Shown here piece after piece: positions 10,248 to 21,138 of a DNA stretch of 64,000 bases. The translations under genes and the position numbers were made by a program. The DNA comes from a virus: positions 42,877 through 106,876 of IMG/VR virus record IMGVR_UViG_3300003324_000465, one strand, 5' to 3'. Under the pieces are notes generated by a model. It saw only the letters and a list, made by a program, of their open reading frames with translations, did no database searches and had not been told where the DNA came from. Each line of letters starts with the position of its first letter. Positions within the stretch are counted from its first letter, which is position 1.

Positions 10248-11486
10248 TTAATCCACTACCGCCCCTACAAATCTTTGATAGGCACCTATGAACTGTACTG
10301 CTGTGATACCTAAACTACCGAGTCTGTTCTTATGCCATTCAATGATCATGTTTTTCACCGATCCTGTATCATCATCTAATTTTATCTCTAATGCTGCATC
10401 CACTACTGCCCCTACTTCTCCACTGTCTCGGAATCTAAATGTACTGTTATTTCCTTCTGTAATTTGAGAAAGTATTACAATTGTAATACCTTCACGTTTA
10501 GCAACTGCCTTTAGCGTTTCAGCAACCTCACCTAAATCATTATTATCATTTTTCGTAGGCTTATGATTTATTAACTGCAAATAGTCAAGAAATACTACAC
10601 GAACGCCATGCTTGTGTACATATTTGCGAATTTCATAAACCATTTGAGGTAAAGTAATCTTAGCATTATCTATGATATACATTGGCATTTTTTGTATACC
10701 AATAGCCGCTTTTTCAATCCTATGCAATTCATCTGATGATATATTACCTGATCGTATATTTTTTGTATCTATAGATACAAGATCAGCTATCCATCGCATA
10801 ACCAATTCTTCTCTTGCCATTTCAAGAGAAAATATAAGTGATGCTTTAGGATCTTCATCTTGCGCCATGCGTAGCATAGAATTACCTACCAGCGCAGTTT
10901 TACCACTACCATGACCGCCCAATATACCAATTAATGTTTTTGGGGGCCATTCACCACCTAACTTATTATCAAGAAAAGGTAATCCGGTGCTAATAAATCT
11001 ATAATCACCTGCAAGTTTCGCATGCACATTACCTAAAAATATAGCAACACCCGTATGAATAGAACCCTCTTCTTCCGCCATTACTGGCGGCATATCAAGT
11101 GCTTCTCTTATCTTACGCTCATCTGGCGCAAAATCTTGTGATAACTCTTTTAGTAGTAAAGAACGCTCGTATAACTGTCGTTTACGTGCTAACCTTACAC
11201 CTTCATCCACTGCGCTACGTATTTCAGCGCCTTGTGCTGCAAATAACTCACCTGGAATATTTCCTTCAAGATGTTTATTTATACCTTCAAAAGTTATTAC
11301 ACCATAATCAATAAACGCCATTTGTATAGCACGGAATATATCTTCTCTCATATCTGTGAAAATAGCAGGAGAAATGCGATTTACCCAATCTATATTTTTA
11401 GGTTCTAATAGCGCACCGAGTATACGCCATTCCACATCTGTATCTTGAATTTTTGTTTCTGCTGTTTTATGTGCTTTATTGAGCAT
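10248..11486 (-). CDS. dnaB: DnaB-like replicative helicase
   Basis: GGHGSGKT, FSLEM, FLDYLQL, LSQ, RDSG, KNR motifs. Confidence 0.92.
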   Translation of the reverse strand: MLNKAHKTAETKIQDTDVEWRILGALLEPKNIDWVNRISPAIFTDMREDIFRAIQMAFIDYGVITFEGINKHLEGNIPGELFAAQGAEIRSAVDEGVRLARKRQLYERSLLLKELSQDFAPDERKIREALDMPPVMAEEEGSIHTGVAIFLGNVHAKLAGDYRFISTGLPFLDNKLGGEWPPKTLIGILGGHGSGKTALVGNSMLRMAQDEDPKASLIFSLEMAREELVMRWIADLVSIDTKNIRSGNISSDELHRIEKAAIGIQKMPMYIIDNAKITLPQMVYEIRKYVHKHGVRVVFLDYLQLINHKPTKNDNNDLGEVAETLKAVAKREGITIVILSQITEGNNSTFRFRDSGEVGAVVDAALEIKLDDDTGSVKNMIIEWHKNRLGSLGITAVQFIGAYQRFVGAVVD

Positions 11487-11715
11487 TGTTTGCCTCTCTT
11501 ACTAGTGCTTCAAGTATTGGCTCATCCTCTCCAGATAATACGCGGGCAATTATATATGCCTTCTCATCTACCGTTAAATGATAACTGCGCGGATCAAATA
11601 ACGTACGATCTATCATAATATATCTTGCACGTAAACGCTGCGTTAATTCTTGTGCAATATCTGTATACGGTGTAAAAGGGTTTCTTTTTAAGAGTTCTAA
11701 TATCAATTCATACAC
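11476..11715 (-). CDS. hypothetical protein
   Basis: Between primase and helicase, overlapping both. Confidence 0.55.
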   Translation of the reverse strand: MYELILELLKRNPFTPYTDIAQELTQRLRARYIMIDRTLFDPRSYHLTVDEKAYIIARVLSGEDEPILEALVREANNAQ

Positions 11716-12583
11716 GTTGTAACCTCTTCCATGTATTAAACGGTAATGCGCTATTCACTACTATATCAAAACCTGTTTTACCATATGTAAGAATAAACTG
11801 GTCTATATCCATCTTTTTTTCACCAAACAAAGGTAAAGTTGCTATTTTAGGTCCGTCTAATTGCATAGCTGCTTTCTCAATAGCCGTTCTCAGCGAATGT
11901 ACATTTTTATTCTGTGAATCAAATAACAATATAATGTGTTGATTAGCTTGTTGTCTAAATCCCTGTTTCCAGATACCCATTCCTGGCAAGGCCATTGTAG
12001 GATAGCCTATTTGTACAGCAAGATCGGCTTTTATTTCACCTTCTGTTAGTATAATAATGTTTTCTCTATGCAGATGGTAATTATACGGATAATCAGCCCC
12101 GCGATAATATGCGCCATTGAATGGAGATTTATATTTTAAAGGATCATCCCTAATACTTCTACCACGAATATCTACAATTGTGGTATCATCATACATATAT
12201 GGAAATGTAACACGATCTGCTAAAAATGCCTCTCCATTCATAGATAAACCAGCTTCTATAGGTACTTGACCATTATAAAGCGGAGATTTGCCTTTAGGGC
12301 AATAACCTATCTTCAGATTCTTAATAGTTACATCATTTAATCCCCGCGCATATAAATATCCTAATGCTCGCTTATCCAATGAGCTATGATAATACAATGC
12401 TGCTTTGTTGTAAAAATGACGTATTTCATCTAAATACGGTGATCGTTCCTTTTTCTCTGACCTGTCTAATCCTTCTCTCAGGTAATAATTACATCCCGGA
12501 GAAAAGCAATAACTTAACCCATTCATAGGAGTAACATAAAGAGTTTCTTTGCCACATATCGGGCAAGCTGTTTTATAATTCAT
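11708..12583 (-). CDS. DNA primase (Zn finger plus TOPRIM)
   Basis: CPICG...CFSPGC, YLYARG, RVTFP, KYKSP, TEGEIKA, DIDQF; likely start MNYKT. Confidence 0.9.
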   Translation of the reverse strand: MNYKTACPICGKETLYVTPMNGLSYCFSPGCNYYLREGLDRSEKKERSPYLDEIRHFYNKAALYYHSSLDKRALGYLYARGLNDVTIKNLKIGYCPKGKSPLYNGQVPIEAGLSMNGEAFLADRVTFPYMYDDTTIVDIRGRSIRDDPLKYKSPFNGAYYRGADYPYNYHLHRENIIILTEGEIKADLAVQIGYPTMALPGMGIWKQGFRQQANQHIILLFDSQNKNVHSLRTAIEKAAMQLDGPKIATLPLFGEKKMDIDQFILTYGKTGFDIVVNSALPFNTWKRLQRV

Positions 12584-12651
12584 ATATTCATGTCTTATAA
12601 AAGGAATGAGAGCACATGCTATATATGCTCTCATCTTAAATAGTATTATTT

Positions 12652-12742
12652 TCACCAGAAGCCTTCTAAGATATTACCCCTACTTCCCTATAGATTTACT
12701 AGTAGCGTGCCTTACAATGGTTCTGGTGACGTTACAGGGCAT
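12652..12742. repeat. dispersed inverted-repeat-bounded element, copy 1
   Basis: TCACCAGAA...GTAGCGTGCCTTACAATGGTTCTGGTGA; shares GTAGCGTGCCTTACAATGGTTC with copy 2. Confidence 0.7.
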
Positions 12743-12751
12743 TGTAACACA

Positions 12752-13696
12752 TTACTCTTCAAATGTTGACTTCTTGCGCGATTTTTTAGCTGTACTCTGA
12801 TCTAGTTTTTGCGTTTTACCTGTGTATGCTTCTGGATTAGTAAAATCTATATCGTTTTCCGAAGATTCCATAAGAGAAGGATATGTAGATATATTATATT
12901 CTTCAAATATCTCTAATAAATCACGACCTTCCAAAAGATCATTCAATGCATCATGCGGCCATGGTTTAACCCATGATGCAATATCATAACGCGGCATTGC
13001 TAAAAATACTGGTGAAATTGGTTGGAAATTTGCTGTAATAAAGAATGATCTATTGGTTTTAATACCTTCGCCAGTTGTCTTTAGTTTAATATCTACTTCA
13101 TGTAGTTTCTTAGGCTCTCCATCGGGACCTTCAATGCTAGTTCCAAGATCAAACAAACTTTGTAGATCATGTTTTCCTCCCTCTGGTCCAGAACTTCCTT
13201 CCAAAATACGTATTTTATTAAGCGGCTTTGCTTCCCCTACTAAAGGCTTTGGTAATACCTTGCTACTATTAGCAATACGTACAAATTGATTTTTTTCATC
13301 TGGATAGATGAGTTGTCCTTCTTCTGTAAACATTACAGGTGTCTTATCTATAACATTTATTGCAAATCGTGTTTTAAATCCACGTCTCTCTTGTGATCCT
13401 TTTTCATAATTCTTTGCTACATATGCCCACAAGGGATCACTAAAAGGATTCTTCCAATCAAGGAAAACACGCACCTTTGATTCTACACCACCTTTAAGAC
13501 CAGTCCACCAAGTTTCACGGAAGACTACTTCATCATCAGGCTCATTTAGTATATTACCTTCTTCATCTACGCCAGGCAATACACGTAGCAAACGTATACC
13601 TGCATGACGATCAACAAACTGTGTTTCAAATACTGCTGTGCCTTCACTGTTACCACCAATATTAACTTTTTCTTTAAGCTTCTGTCCAAACGCCAT
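12752..13696 (-). CDS. probable single-stranded DNA-binding protein
   Basis: IRLLRVLP and RFAINVID pattern, acidic/charged tail, first gene of the replication operon, GAAGGAG SD before MAFGQKL. Confidence 0.6.
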   Translation of the reverse strand: MAFGQKLKEKVNIGGNSEGTAVFETQFVDRHAGIRLLRVLPGVDEEGNILNEPDDEVVFRETWWTGLKGGVESKVRVFLDWKNPFSDPLWAYVAKNYEKGSQERRGFKTRFAINVIDKTPVMFTEEGQLIYPDEKNQFVRIANSSKVLPKPLVGEAKPLNKIRILEGSSGPEGGKHDLQSLFDLGTSIEGPDGEPKKLHEVDIKLKTTGEGIKTNRSFFITANFQPISPVFLAMPRYDIASWVKPWPHDALNDLLEGRDLLEIFEEYNISTYPSLMESSENDIDFTNPEAYTGKTQKLDQSTAKKSRKKSTFEE

Positions 13697-13781
13697 TGCT
13701 ATGACTCCTTCATAAAATAATGCGTATTCATAAGCCTTCATGCGATTCCGCTTTGGTATGAGGAATTTCTGAGGTAATGGC

Positions 13782-13810
13782 AGTATACCATGGAAATATA
13801 CATGAGTCAA
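13782..13810 (-). promoter_or_regulatory. sigma-70-type promoter for the replication operon
   Basis: TTGACT-N17-TATACT with extended TG on the minus strand. Confidence 0.75.
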
Positions 13811-13845
13811 CTAAGACTTTAGACCTAAAAATATTCCGATTATTT

Positions 13846-13950
13846 TCACAGGAAGCCCTTAGAGGAAATAAAAAAAGCTACCCCTATCCTTTTATATAAA
13901 TAGGGGTAGCGTGCCTTACAATGGTTCCTGTGAGCTTACAGCGGCATTCT
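13846..13950. repeat. dispersed inverted-repeat-bounded element, copy 2 (contains a terminator-like hairpin)
   Basis: TCACAGGAA...TTCCTGTGA ends; internal GCTACCCCTAT/ATAGGGGTAGC hairpin beside an A-run. Confidence 0.7.
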
Positions 13951-14224
13951 GTAATGGAGAGGTAACAGCTAAAACATCATCACTAAAAAAATTTGTTTTT
14001 ATAATCAATTCGCCATGCTGTTCTAATAAACGATCAATTGTAGCTTGTAGTTCTGGATCAATATATAGCTGTATTTCTTTGGAATCACGTTTAAACCATA
14101 AACCAAAATCAAATGCAACTAATTCTTTTGTATACGTAGGTTTAGAAATACGAATTTTACCGATATTTTTTATATTTAGTTCTGGAGAAAGAGATTGTGT
14201 CTTGTATCGTTTACTCATCTTCAT
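13916..14224 (-). CDS. hypothetical protein
   Basis: Last ORF of the structural operon. Confidence 0.5.
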   Translation of the reverse strand: MKMSKRYKTQSLSPELNIKNIGKIRISKPTYTKELVAFDFGLWFKRDSKEIQLYIDPELQATIDRLLEQHGELIIKTNFFSDDVLAVTSPLQNAAVSSQEPL

Positions 14225-14399
14225 ATCCTAATAATTCATTCACTTCGCGAGCATAATCATTGATTGTATCAAGAAGTATTTTACGTAATTGCGATGTTAA
14301 TAATCCGTATTTCTCTAAACGTAATAATAATTCTTTTATATATTTACCGCGAATATTATCTAACTGTACTTTCATTAAGTAATCCTTCAAATATAGCAT
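14211..14399 (-). CDS. hypothetical protein
   Basis: ORF coupled to the glycosyltransferase. Confidence 0.5.
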   Translation of the reverse strand: MLYLKDYLMKVQLDNIRGKYIKELLLRLEKYGLLTSQLRKILLDTINDYAREVNELLGYEDE

Positions 14400-15573
14400 G
14401 AAATTGATTAGCTATACTTGACCATCTGTACTTATCTTGCGTAATCAGATCATATCCTTTCTTTCCCATATGTAAACGATATGTTTCATCTCTATATAGT
14501 TTATCTAGTGCTTCTATCGTACACTTCATTTCTGGTACACCGCCTATGGTATTAATACCTTTAGGTGTAATATAAGGTATATTATTTATATCAATATATT
14601 CTACACCACCATTAGCCCATTCTTGTAAAGCTGAATGACGTGGTATAATGTTAGGTATGCCACAAGCCATTGATTCTGCTGTTGTAAGACCCCATCCTTC
14701 GCCCATGCTGGTACTTAGTTTAACATCGGCTAGATTATAAAGATATACTAACTTGTCTAATGGGATACCCTCTCTTGGATGTATATAGTGTGATGTGAAG
14801 ATAATTCGATCATGAATATGTGGCGTTTTTCCGTATTCTCGTATGTATTCTGCATCTATATATTTTCCTAATTGACCGAGATCATAACCTTCATCCTTTA
14901 ATGCTCCATGATAATAAAAATACACATTTTTTGGTATATCTCTCGTTCTCACCCATTCTGCAAAATAGTATAATCCAAGATCAATTCTTTTTCTTATACT
15001 GTTACGATCTACCATTTGAACAATATACCAGTCTTCTGGAATACCAGTTACATTACGTACTTCTTTTTTATATAATGGGCGAAATAATTGTGTATCTACA
15101 CCATGCGGTATATCTGACATAGGCACAGTTACACCAGCATAAGATAATTCTCTTTGTGCAAATTTTGTATAAGGTATAATGAAATCGAATGCATTTAACC
15201 GTTCACCAAACATCGGTTTAATGTTTTTAGCATCTACTGGCGTATATCCTACCTTCTTACCATATGTTTCAGAAAGTAAAGGGCTAAATTCAGACAATAC
15301 CCATGGATCGTTAATAAACAATACAATATCTGGTTTTATATGCTGAGATAATTCTACAATTCTACCAATACCGTAAAAATCACCATATTGCACTGCTTGT
15401 GGATTCCAATGCCGCGCCTCTTTTAATATTTCATGAGGATCGCCATAATAATTAGTTGCAAGTACATCTATTTCCCATCTATCTTTTAAATGATGTATAA
15501 GATTGTGTGTTACTTGCGCAAATCCAGTAGATACTGCCGAATCTGCAACTATAAATAATTTCCTTTTATCCAT
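14356..15573 (-). CDS. glycosyltransferase (GT-B, GT4-like)
   Basis: TGFAQV, IPHGVD, RNSIRKR, EGWGLTTAESMACGIP. Confidence 0.9.
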   Translation of the reverse strand: MDKRKLFIVADSAVSTGFAQVTHNLIHHLKDRWEIDVLATNYYGDPHEILKEARHWNPQAVQYGDFYGIGRIVELSQHIKPDIVLFINDPWVLSEFSPLLSETYGKKVGYTPVDAKNIKPMFGERLNAFDFIIPYTKFAQRELSYAGVTVPMSDIPHGVDTQLFRPLYKKEVRNVTGIPEDWYIVQMVDRNSIRKRIDLGLYYFAEWVRTRDIPKNVYFYYHGALKDEGYDLGQLGKYIDAEYIREYGKTPHIHDRIIFTSHYIHPREGIPLDKLVYLYNLADVKLSTSMGEGWGLTTAESMACGIPNIIPRHSALQEWANGGVEYIDINNIPYITPKGINTIGGVPEMKCTIEALDKLYRDETYRLHMGKKGYDLITQDKYRWSSIANQFHAIFEGLLNESTVR

Positions 15574-15585
15574 ATCCTTTATTCC

Positions 15586-16182
15586 TTATATATCTGCGGT
15601 GGGTATATATGCTAATGGGAAAATTGACCGTATTGGTGTTCCTAAACGACTGCCGAAAAATGAATTTATTTCATCTAAATCATTTTGTAGTAATCTTGTG
15701 ATAGACCTTTCAGATCCAAGATTACTAAATCGTATATCCTCTGTACTCCATGATACAAAACTGCTACTGCTACTTGCTACCTGTGATCTACGTAACATGT
15801 ATACTGCCGCGCTAATTATTACTGGTCTGTCTATATTTGCAATAATAGGTGGCGATCCTTGTGTAAATTCAATGTATGGATTGCGAAATACAGAACCTTC
15901 TACTAAACTATCAGGTATATTAGCCTCTCCATTAGCAGTATTAATACGTTTGTATCCTACTGGTACATCAGATGGTTGTGGGTTTAATAAAGACTCTTCC
16001 CAGAATATTTGATATTTTGCACTCCATCTGTTTTGTAAGTAGTCTATCCCATATGCCAAAGCACTGCGTATTACAGTATCACTATAGAGATCGCCTGTAA
16101 GATCACCAAATTGTAAACGTGTAGGGCTTATCAGATAATCTAGATTTGTGGGCTCTGTGATAAATATTACATTCGTTGTCAT
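15586..16182 (-). CDS. hypothetical protein, possibly virion-associated
   Basis: In the structural operon; no recognised motif. Confidence 0.5.
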   Translation of the reverse strand: MTTNVIFITEPTNLDYLISPTRLQFGDLTGDLYSDTVIRSALAYGIDYLQNRWSAKYQIFWEESLLNPQPSDVPVGYKRINTANGEANIPDSLVEGSVFRNPYIEFTQGSPPIIANIDRPVIISAAVYMLRRSQVASSSSSFVSWSTEDIRFSNLGSERSITRLLQNDLDEINSFFGSRLGTPIRSIFPLAYIPTADI

Positions 16183-16388
16183 TATGGTTCTAACTTCATA
16201 TTTTTACGCTTATCCTCTAGCAATTTTTCTAATTCTTCAATACTAGTAGAATTAAAAGCTATCTTTTTATCTTGTTCTATTAATTGCGGAAGAATAGTAT
16301 TTATTGCTGTGATAAGATGCCGCGCAGTTGTTAATTCTCCGATAACCTGTACTCTGCCATCTTCTAAAAATAAAATACCGTTTATCAT
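16182..16388 (-). CDS. hypothetical protein
   Basis: Coupled ORF. Confidence 0.5.
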   Translation of the reverse strand: MINGILFLEDGRVQVIGELTTARHLITAINTILPQLIEQDKKIAFNSTSIEELEKLLEDKRKNMKLEP

Positions 16389-16759
16389 TGTGTTTTTGTC
16401 CTTTGTAGTGGAGTAAGTTCAGAGCGTGCCAAAGCTCTAATTGGAATAAATGCCCCGCTATTATCTGTCAGATTTTTTATCTGTATAATTATCCATATGT
16501 AATTTGCTCCAATATGTAGTGTATGTCCACTTCCTAATTTAGCAGGAAATGGTACAATATCAGATAATACATGTTTTGAAGCAAAATCATATTCAAGTAT
16601 CCATTCGTCAATATAGGGATTGTATCTATAAAGTAGTGCTGTATCAGGATCACAATCACTTAATACCCAGAATGTTTCATTATCACTTTTTGACTCACCA
16701 TGATTACTATAACAAGGTTTTCCATTTTTTGATTTTAATTGAAGCATGCTACCTATCAT
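16385..16759 (-). CDS. hypothetical protein
   Basis: ORF downstream of the tail fibre. Confidence 0.5.
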   Translation of the reverse strand: MIGSMLQLKSKNGKPCYSNHGESKSDNETFWVLSDCDPDTALLYRYNPYIDEWILEYDFASKHVLSDIVPFPAKLGSGHTLHIGANYIWIIIQIKNLTDNSGAFIPIRALARSELTPLQRTKTQ

Positions 16760-16772
16760 TTATACCTCTTTA

Positions 16773-19616
16773 TTATACTCTAAAAGATATTCCATTAAGA
16801 GAGAAAAACGCATTGCTACCTACTGTTGCTTGCACATTACCAGCGGTATCAATAGTTACTCTTGCAAATGCATCGTTAGCTACTGTTGCAAATATCTGCG
16901 CGTTAGAAGGACGATATGCCGCTGGTAATGTAAATATAGCTGCTGTGATTGTGCCGTTTTTAACTAAACCTCTTAAATGCACATATCCAAAAGCATCTTT
17001 CCAATAACCGGCGTTTTCAAAACCAGAGCCATAATTTACCCAACTATTAAGTAATGTAGGCGCAATAACTGATTCAGTAGTAATACTTCCAGTAATAGTC
17101 ATACTACCACTTAGATTAAGTGTCGCATTATCAATATTCACTTCTTTAACAGAAGAAGAAGTATGAACTATAGATAATGAAGGTCCTGTACCAGCACCAC
17201 TTTGATTAGCTGAAAAACGAACAGTTGACGTTTTACCTGATACCGAAAATACATCAAGATCAATTCTTGTATGATACCCAGATATAGCTTCCCCAACAAT
17301 AGTAGTCTTATTTCTTAATAAATCAGTATCCTGATACGCATATATAGAACTTAACAACGTAGAACTTACATACCACTTAATCTTATTTGCGTCATTCTGA
17401 CCTTGTGTTATTGAAATTCCATTAGCGTCTATTATAACTGCACCAGCACCAGCACTAATTTTACCATCACTACTTTGAATACGTACTTGTAATGTACCGC
17501 TGCTATTATATCCGCTCACACCATTACTGTCAATAACAATACGTTGCGCGCTAGAAGCTGTTTGGATAGTGAAATTGCTACCAGTTAATACTAGATTTGT
17601 GCCATCCCACGCAAAATATGTACCTGAACCATTACCAATACTGAATTTTGTTGTGCCGCTATCATTACCTAAATAAAAACCTGTACCTGTAGCATACGCC
17701 GTCATACCACTACGAATATATCCATTGGTATTGATTGTTAATGTACCTGTGGATGTTTGGATTGCTGATAGTGTTGTTACTGATATATGCCCCGCGTTTA
17801 TTGTACTTGCCGCGATATTAATACCTTTAATGTCTTCTGCCTGTATATCATCAGATTGTATTACTCTACGTGGGTAAAATTCCCGAAAAGAATAAGCCCC
17901 GCTGGCATTTTTATGAAAAATAATAATATATCGTGCTTCTATAAGTGAAGGTAGATCAAATCTATATACTCCTGAAGACTTTAAGAATGAATTTGTATCT
18001 GCAAGAGATTGATTCGCATACTCAACTAATGTTGTATTTTGTCCTGTAGTACCTGTAGCAGCTAAAGGACCTGCAAACCATCGCCATGTACTACCATCCG
18101 CTGAAGTTGCAAAATAAAATGATGTATTTGTTGCTGAGATACTTAATGTAATGGGTTTATAACGATCTAATTGGGGTCTCGACGCCTGTGTCCAGCGAAA
18201 TACTGAACTAGAACCGTATGTTACAACTGTTGTTGTAAGATCACCATCTTTAAGACCATTTAATGTTGTAGGAGATGTGGATACACTATCGCTGTATGAT
18301 GTCTCAGCGCGCAATTCATCAATTGTTAATGCATCTACGTAAATACCACTAGCTACAACAGCAGTGCTTTTTCTATCATACTTATCAACTGCTTTAACAC
18401 TTACATCATATGTACCCGCTGAATTAAGCGATACCGTTTGTATATTATCTGGAGATGTAAAACTTGAAACTGTTGTTACACCATTAAGAACACTAAACTC
18501 ATAGTGATCAAAATCTAATATATTTGTAGAAGGAGTAACAGTAATACCTAAACTACTAAATCCACCTGTAGCTTGCACTGTACCAAATGCATTAGGTGGG
18601 GCCATGTTAGTTGCTGTTCCCGTAGCTGCTACTGATTGTTGATCTAATAAATCGCGGGCAATTATACTATAGCTTAAAGCATAATCACCACTACTAAGCG
18701 TAGGAGTATGATCAGCTTTGTTATTGAAATATGGATAGATAACAAAAGGTGTTTTTGTTGTAATATTTTTTGAATCTAGTGTTAATATATAATCATTTGC
18801 ATTTGTAACAGTAGACCATTGAATTGTTAAATCTTCATCAGCCGTACCATCATCGCTTTGCCATGAGTGTGCAATTCCTGAAGGTGTTCCAGGGATAGGA
18901 GCTACTACAGATACAATTTCTACACTCGCGCCAGATGTATTACCCCATGAATTACTTGTTACATCGACAAGTACACTCGTTAATGGAGTTCCTAAACCGA
19001 TACGTCTATTCTCTGCTGCTGTTAATATAAACGGTGATTCACGCTGCCAATACGTGTTGTATAAAACTGTACCTGTTGCATTCCATATACGAATGCGCGC
19101 ATTTTTATAAGCTTCGTCATTCGGCTGATCCCATGAAATAATGAGATTACTATTCTCAAATTCACCAGTTACATTCGTTACATCACTAGGAATGAGTGTG
19201 TCTTCTATAGTTGTTATATTTAGAACATTACTCCAATCGGATTGAATTGTTCTTATACGTGGTGCTATACGTATCCAGTAGTCTGTATCAGGTTTTAAAT
19301 AAAGTGAAGCAGTTAAACCATATGCAATAAATGATTCTTTATTTAATGTAAATGTGTCATTTTCAGCATACTGTACTATATAATCTTGTGGTATTTCACC
19401 ATCTGGATGCTGCCATCCTATATTTACTACAATTGTAGGCGTAGCAGCACTACGAAACACTGCTTGATCAATAAATTCCAAGGTATCAATGGATTGTGGT
19501 AAGTGGATAGCCGACCCTGCTACACTTACTGATTGTGTTATTATTTCTCCATCACCTATTTGTGATATTGCTTTATCATCTATTTGTCTTTTAGGTCTAT
19601 CTTTTCGTGTAGGCAT
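16773..19616 (-). CDS. tail fibre / receptor-binding protein with fibronectin-III-like repeats
   Basis: FN3-like LKPDTDYWIRI..SDWS, Ser/Thr/Gly-rich shaft, C-terminal PTLLNSWVNY..VHLRGLVK..IFTLPAAYRP. Confidence 0.8.
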   Translation of the reverse strand: MPTRKDRPKRQIDDKAISQIGDGEIITQSVSVAGSAIHLPQSIDTLEFIDQAVFRSAATPTIVVNIGWQHPDGEIPQDYIVQYAENDTFTLNKESFIAYGLTASLYLKPDTDYWIRIAPRIRTIQSDWSNVLNITTIEDTLIPSDVTNVTGEFENSNLIISWDQPNDEAYKNARIRIWNATGTVLYNTYWQRESPFILTAAENRRIGLGTPLTSVLVDVTSNSWGNTSGASVEIVSVVAPIPGTPSGIAHSWQSDDGTADEDLTIQWSTVTNANDYILTLDSKNITTKTPFVIYPYFNNKADHTPTLSSGDYALSYSIIARDLLDQQSVAATGTATNMAPPNAFGTVQATGGFSSLGITVTPSTNILDFDHYEFSVLNGVTTVSSFTSPDNIQTVSLNSAGTYDVSVKAVDKYDRKSTAVVASGIYVDALTIDELRAETSYSDSVSTSPTTLNGLKDGDLTTTVVTYGSSSVFRWTQASRPQLDRYKPITLSISATNTSFYFATSADGSTWRWFAGPLAATGTTGQNTTLVEYANQSLADTNSFLKSSGVYRFDLPSLIEARYIIIFHKNASGAYSFREFYPRRVIQSDDIQAEDIKGINIAASTINAGHISVTTLSAIQTSTGTLTINTNGYIRSGMTAYATGTGFYLGNDSGTTKFSIGNGSGTYFAWDGTNLVLTGSNFTIQTASSAQRIVIDSNGVSGYNSSGTLQVRIQSSDGKISAGAGAVIIDANGISITQGQNDANKIKWYVSSTLLSSIYAYQDTDLLRNKTTIVGEAISGYHTRIDLDVFSVSGKTSTVRFSANQSGAGTGPSLSIVHTSSSVKEVNIDNATLNLSGSMTITGSITTESVIAPTLLNSWVNYGSGFENAGYWKDAFGYVHLRGLVKNGTITAAIFTLPAAYRPSNAQIFATVANDAFARVTIDTAGNVQATVGSNAFFSLNGISFRV

Positions 19617-19632
19617 TTATTTCCTTTGTTCT

Positions 19633-21129
19633 TTAATTGCTGTTAAAATATTCTGCCGCGTAAATTAAATCTTTGCCTGTAATGTGATATATATTGCCAG
19701 GAAATAATCCCTTAAATTGATTTAAATATACAAGCTTTGTTTGTATATTCTCACCGTCAATAAGTTCTTCTTCATTTGAAAAGCTGTACATGTTCGGATC
19801 TTCCATCTGCATTGTTTGAAAATCTTTTGCTATCGTTAATCCGCCCCATGCTATTTTAATTCCTTTACCTCGCACTAATAATGTATTACCTATGCGATTT
19901 AACGACGCTATCTGTAAGCGTGCCCATTTGTTTTCCTGATGATCGTCATTGGAAAAACGACGCCGAAACATCTGCTGCCTGTTCCATATTTCAGGTTGAT
20001 CATCTATGCGTGCTTTAATTGCGCTAAATACGTCACTTGTATCTTGTAATCTGTTTTTTAATTCAAGAAACGTCATTGATTCTAATTCTTCTGTTATTGT
20101 TGCTGGAGTAGCATAATCATATGCAAATCCAGCAGGTACCATCTCTATTTGCCCAATGTGAAAAATACTGTTTTGATTATATGTTTGCCCTACTGGATTA
20201 CCACTTATCGGCACATTATCAATATGTAGAGCATATGTCGTTTTATTTGTATATGATCCTGACATATCGTAGTAAAAATTGGTGTGACCTTTATCTCCTA
20301 CAGTAAAAGGTCCAAGTGTACCTACAAGTACATAATTTATATATATCTTAATATAGTCTTCTACATTGTATGAATAATATGTTATAGGTATTTTTACAAC
20401 ATCAGCGCTGTTTGATCGCATAACACTACCACGGAATAAGGGATATTGTTCAGCTTTATGTGTACCCGGCCAAAATAAAAGACGTTGCATAGGTATTCTT
20501 GGTGCTAATCGTAATCGACGCATAAGCCAATCAGATGTATTTGACATTTGATTAAGATCACTAGCACTAATATTTGTATCTCCCGTAAATGTAGGCAAGC
20601 CTGGATATGTGCCCCAAAATGTTATTCCAGATAAAGGATGTACATAAGCATCTAATACCTGAAATACTCCTGTTTTTGGTGTGTATGCTCCTCCATTTTC
20701 AACACTAACTAGAACTTCAATAACTTCATTCATGTTATATCCGAGCCCAGATATGTCTATATCTACATTATATTGAGCAGGATTATTAGGATCTGTACCA
20801 TTATATACAAGTGTACCGATTGAATCCTCAGAATCAGATTCTCTCTTAAAATAAATATTTATCTCTTCCGGCCCATCTGTTATAGTTAATAAACGAAATG
20901 TAGCAGTAGTTATACCCGTCATATATTTAAAACCACCACGCCATAATTTTAAGAAACTGCGTTCGGAAGCATTCCAATTACTTGCTTTATGCATGGATGG
21001 AAACCCCTGCTTACCACGCAAGGATAATGCGTCTAATATAATGCTATTAGTACGTAACGTATTTATATCTGTAGCGCTTACTTCTGTATTGGTAGTAAAT
21101 GTAGGCGCATCTATATATGCTGAGATCAT
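19633..21129 (-). CDS. minor tail protein
   Basis: Position between baseplate gene and fibre; beta-rich composition. Confidence 0.6.
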   Translation of the reverse strand: MISAYIDAPTFTTNTEVSATDINTLRTNSIILDALSLRGKQGFPSMHKASNWNASERSFLKLWRGGFKYMTGITTATFRLLTITDGPEEINIYFKRESDSEDSIGTLVYNGTDPNNPAQYNVDIDISGLGYNMNEVIEVLVSVENGGAYTPKTGVFQVLDAYVHPLSGITFWGTYPGLPTFTGDTNISASDLNQMSNTSDWLMRRLRLAPRIPMQRLLFWPGTHKAEQYPLFRGSVMRSNSADVVKIPITYYSYNVEDYIKIYINYVLVGTLGPFTVGDKGHTNFYYDMSGSYTNKTTYALHIDNVPISGNPVGQTYNQNSIFHIGQIEMVPAGFAYDYATPATITEELESMTFLELKNRLQDTSDVFSAIKARIDDQPEIWNRQQMFRRRFSNDDHQENKWARLQIASLNRIGNTLLVRGKGIKIAWGGLTIAKDFQTMQMEDPNMYSFSNEEELIDGENIQTKLVYLNQFKGLFPGNIYHITGKDLIYAAEYFNSN

Positions 21130-21138
21130 TATTGTACC

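Noticed and set aside
16773-19616. Diversity-generating retroelement target in the tail fibre
   Set aside because: No reverse transcriptase or template repeat seen in the window
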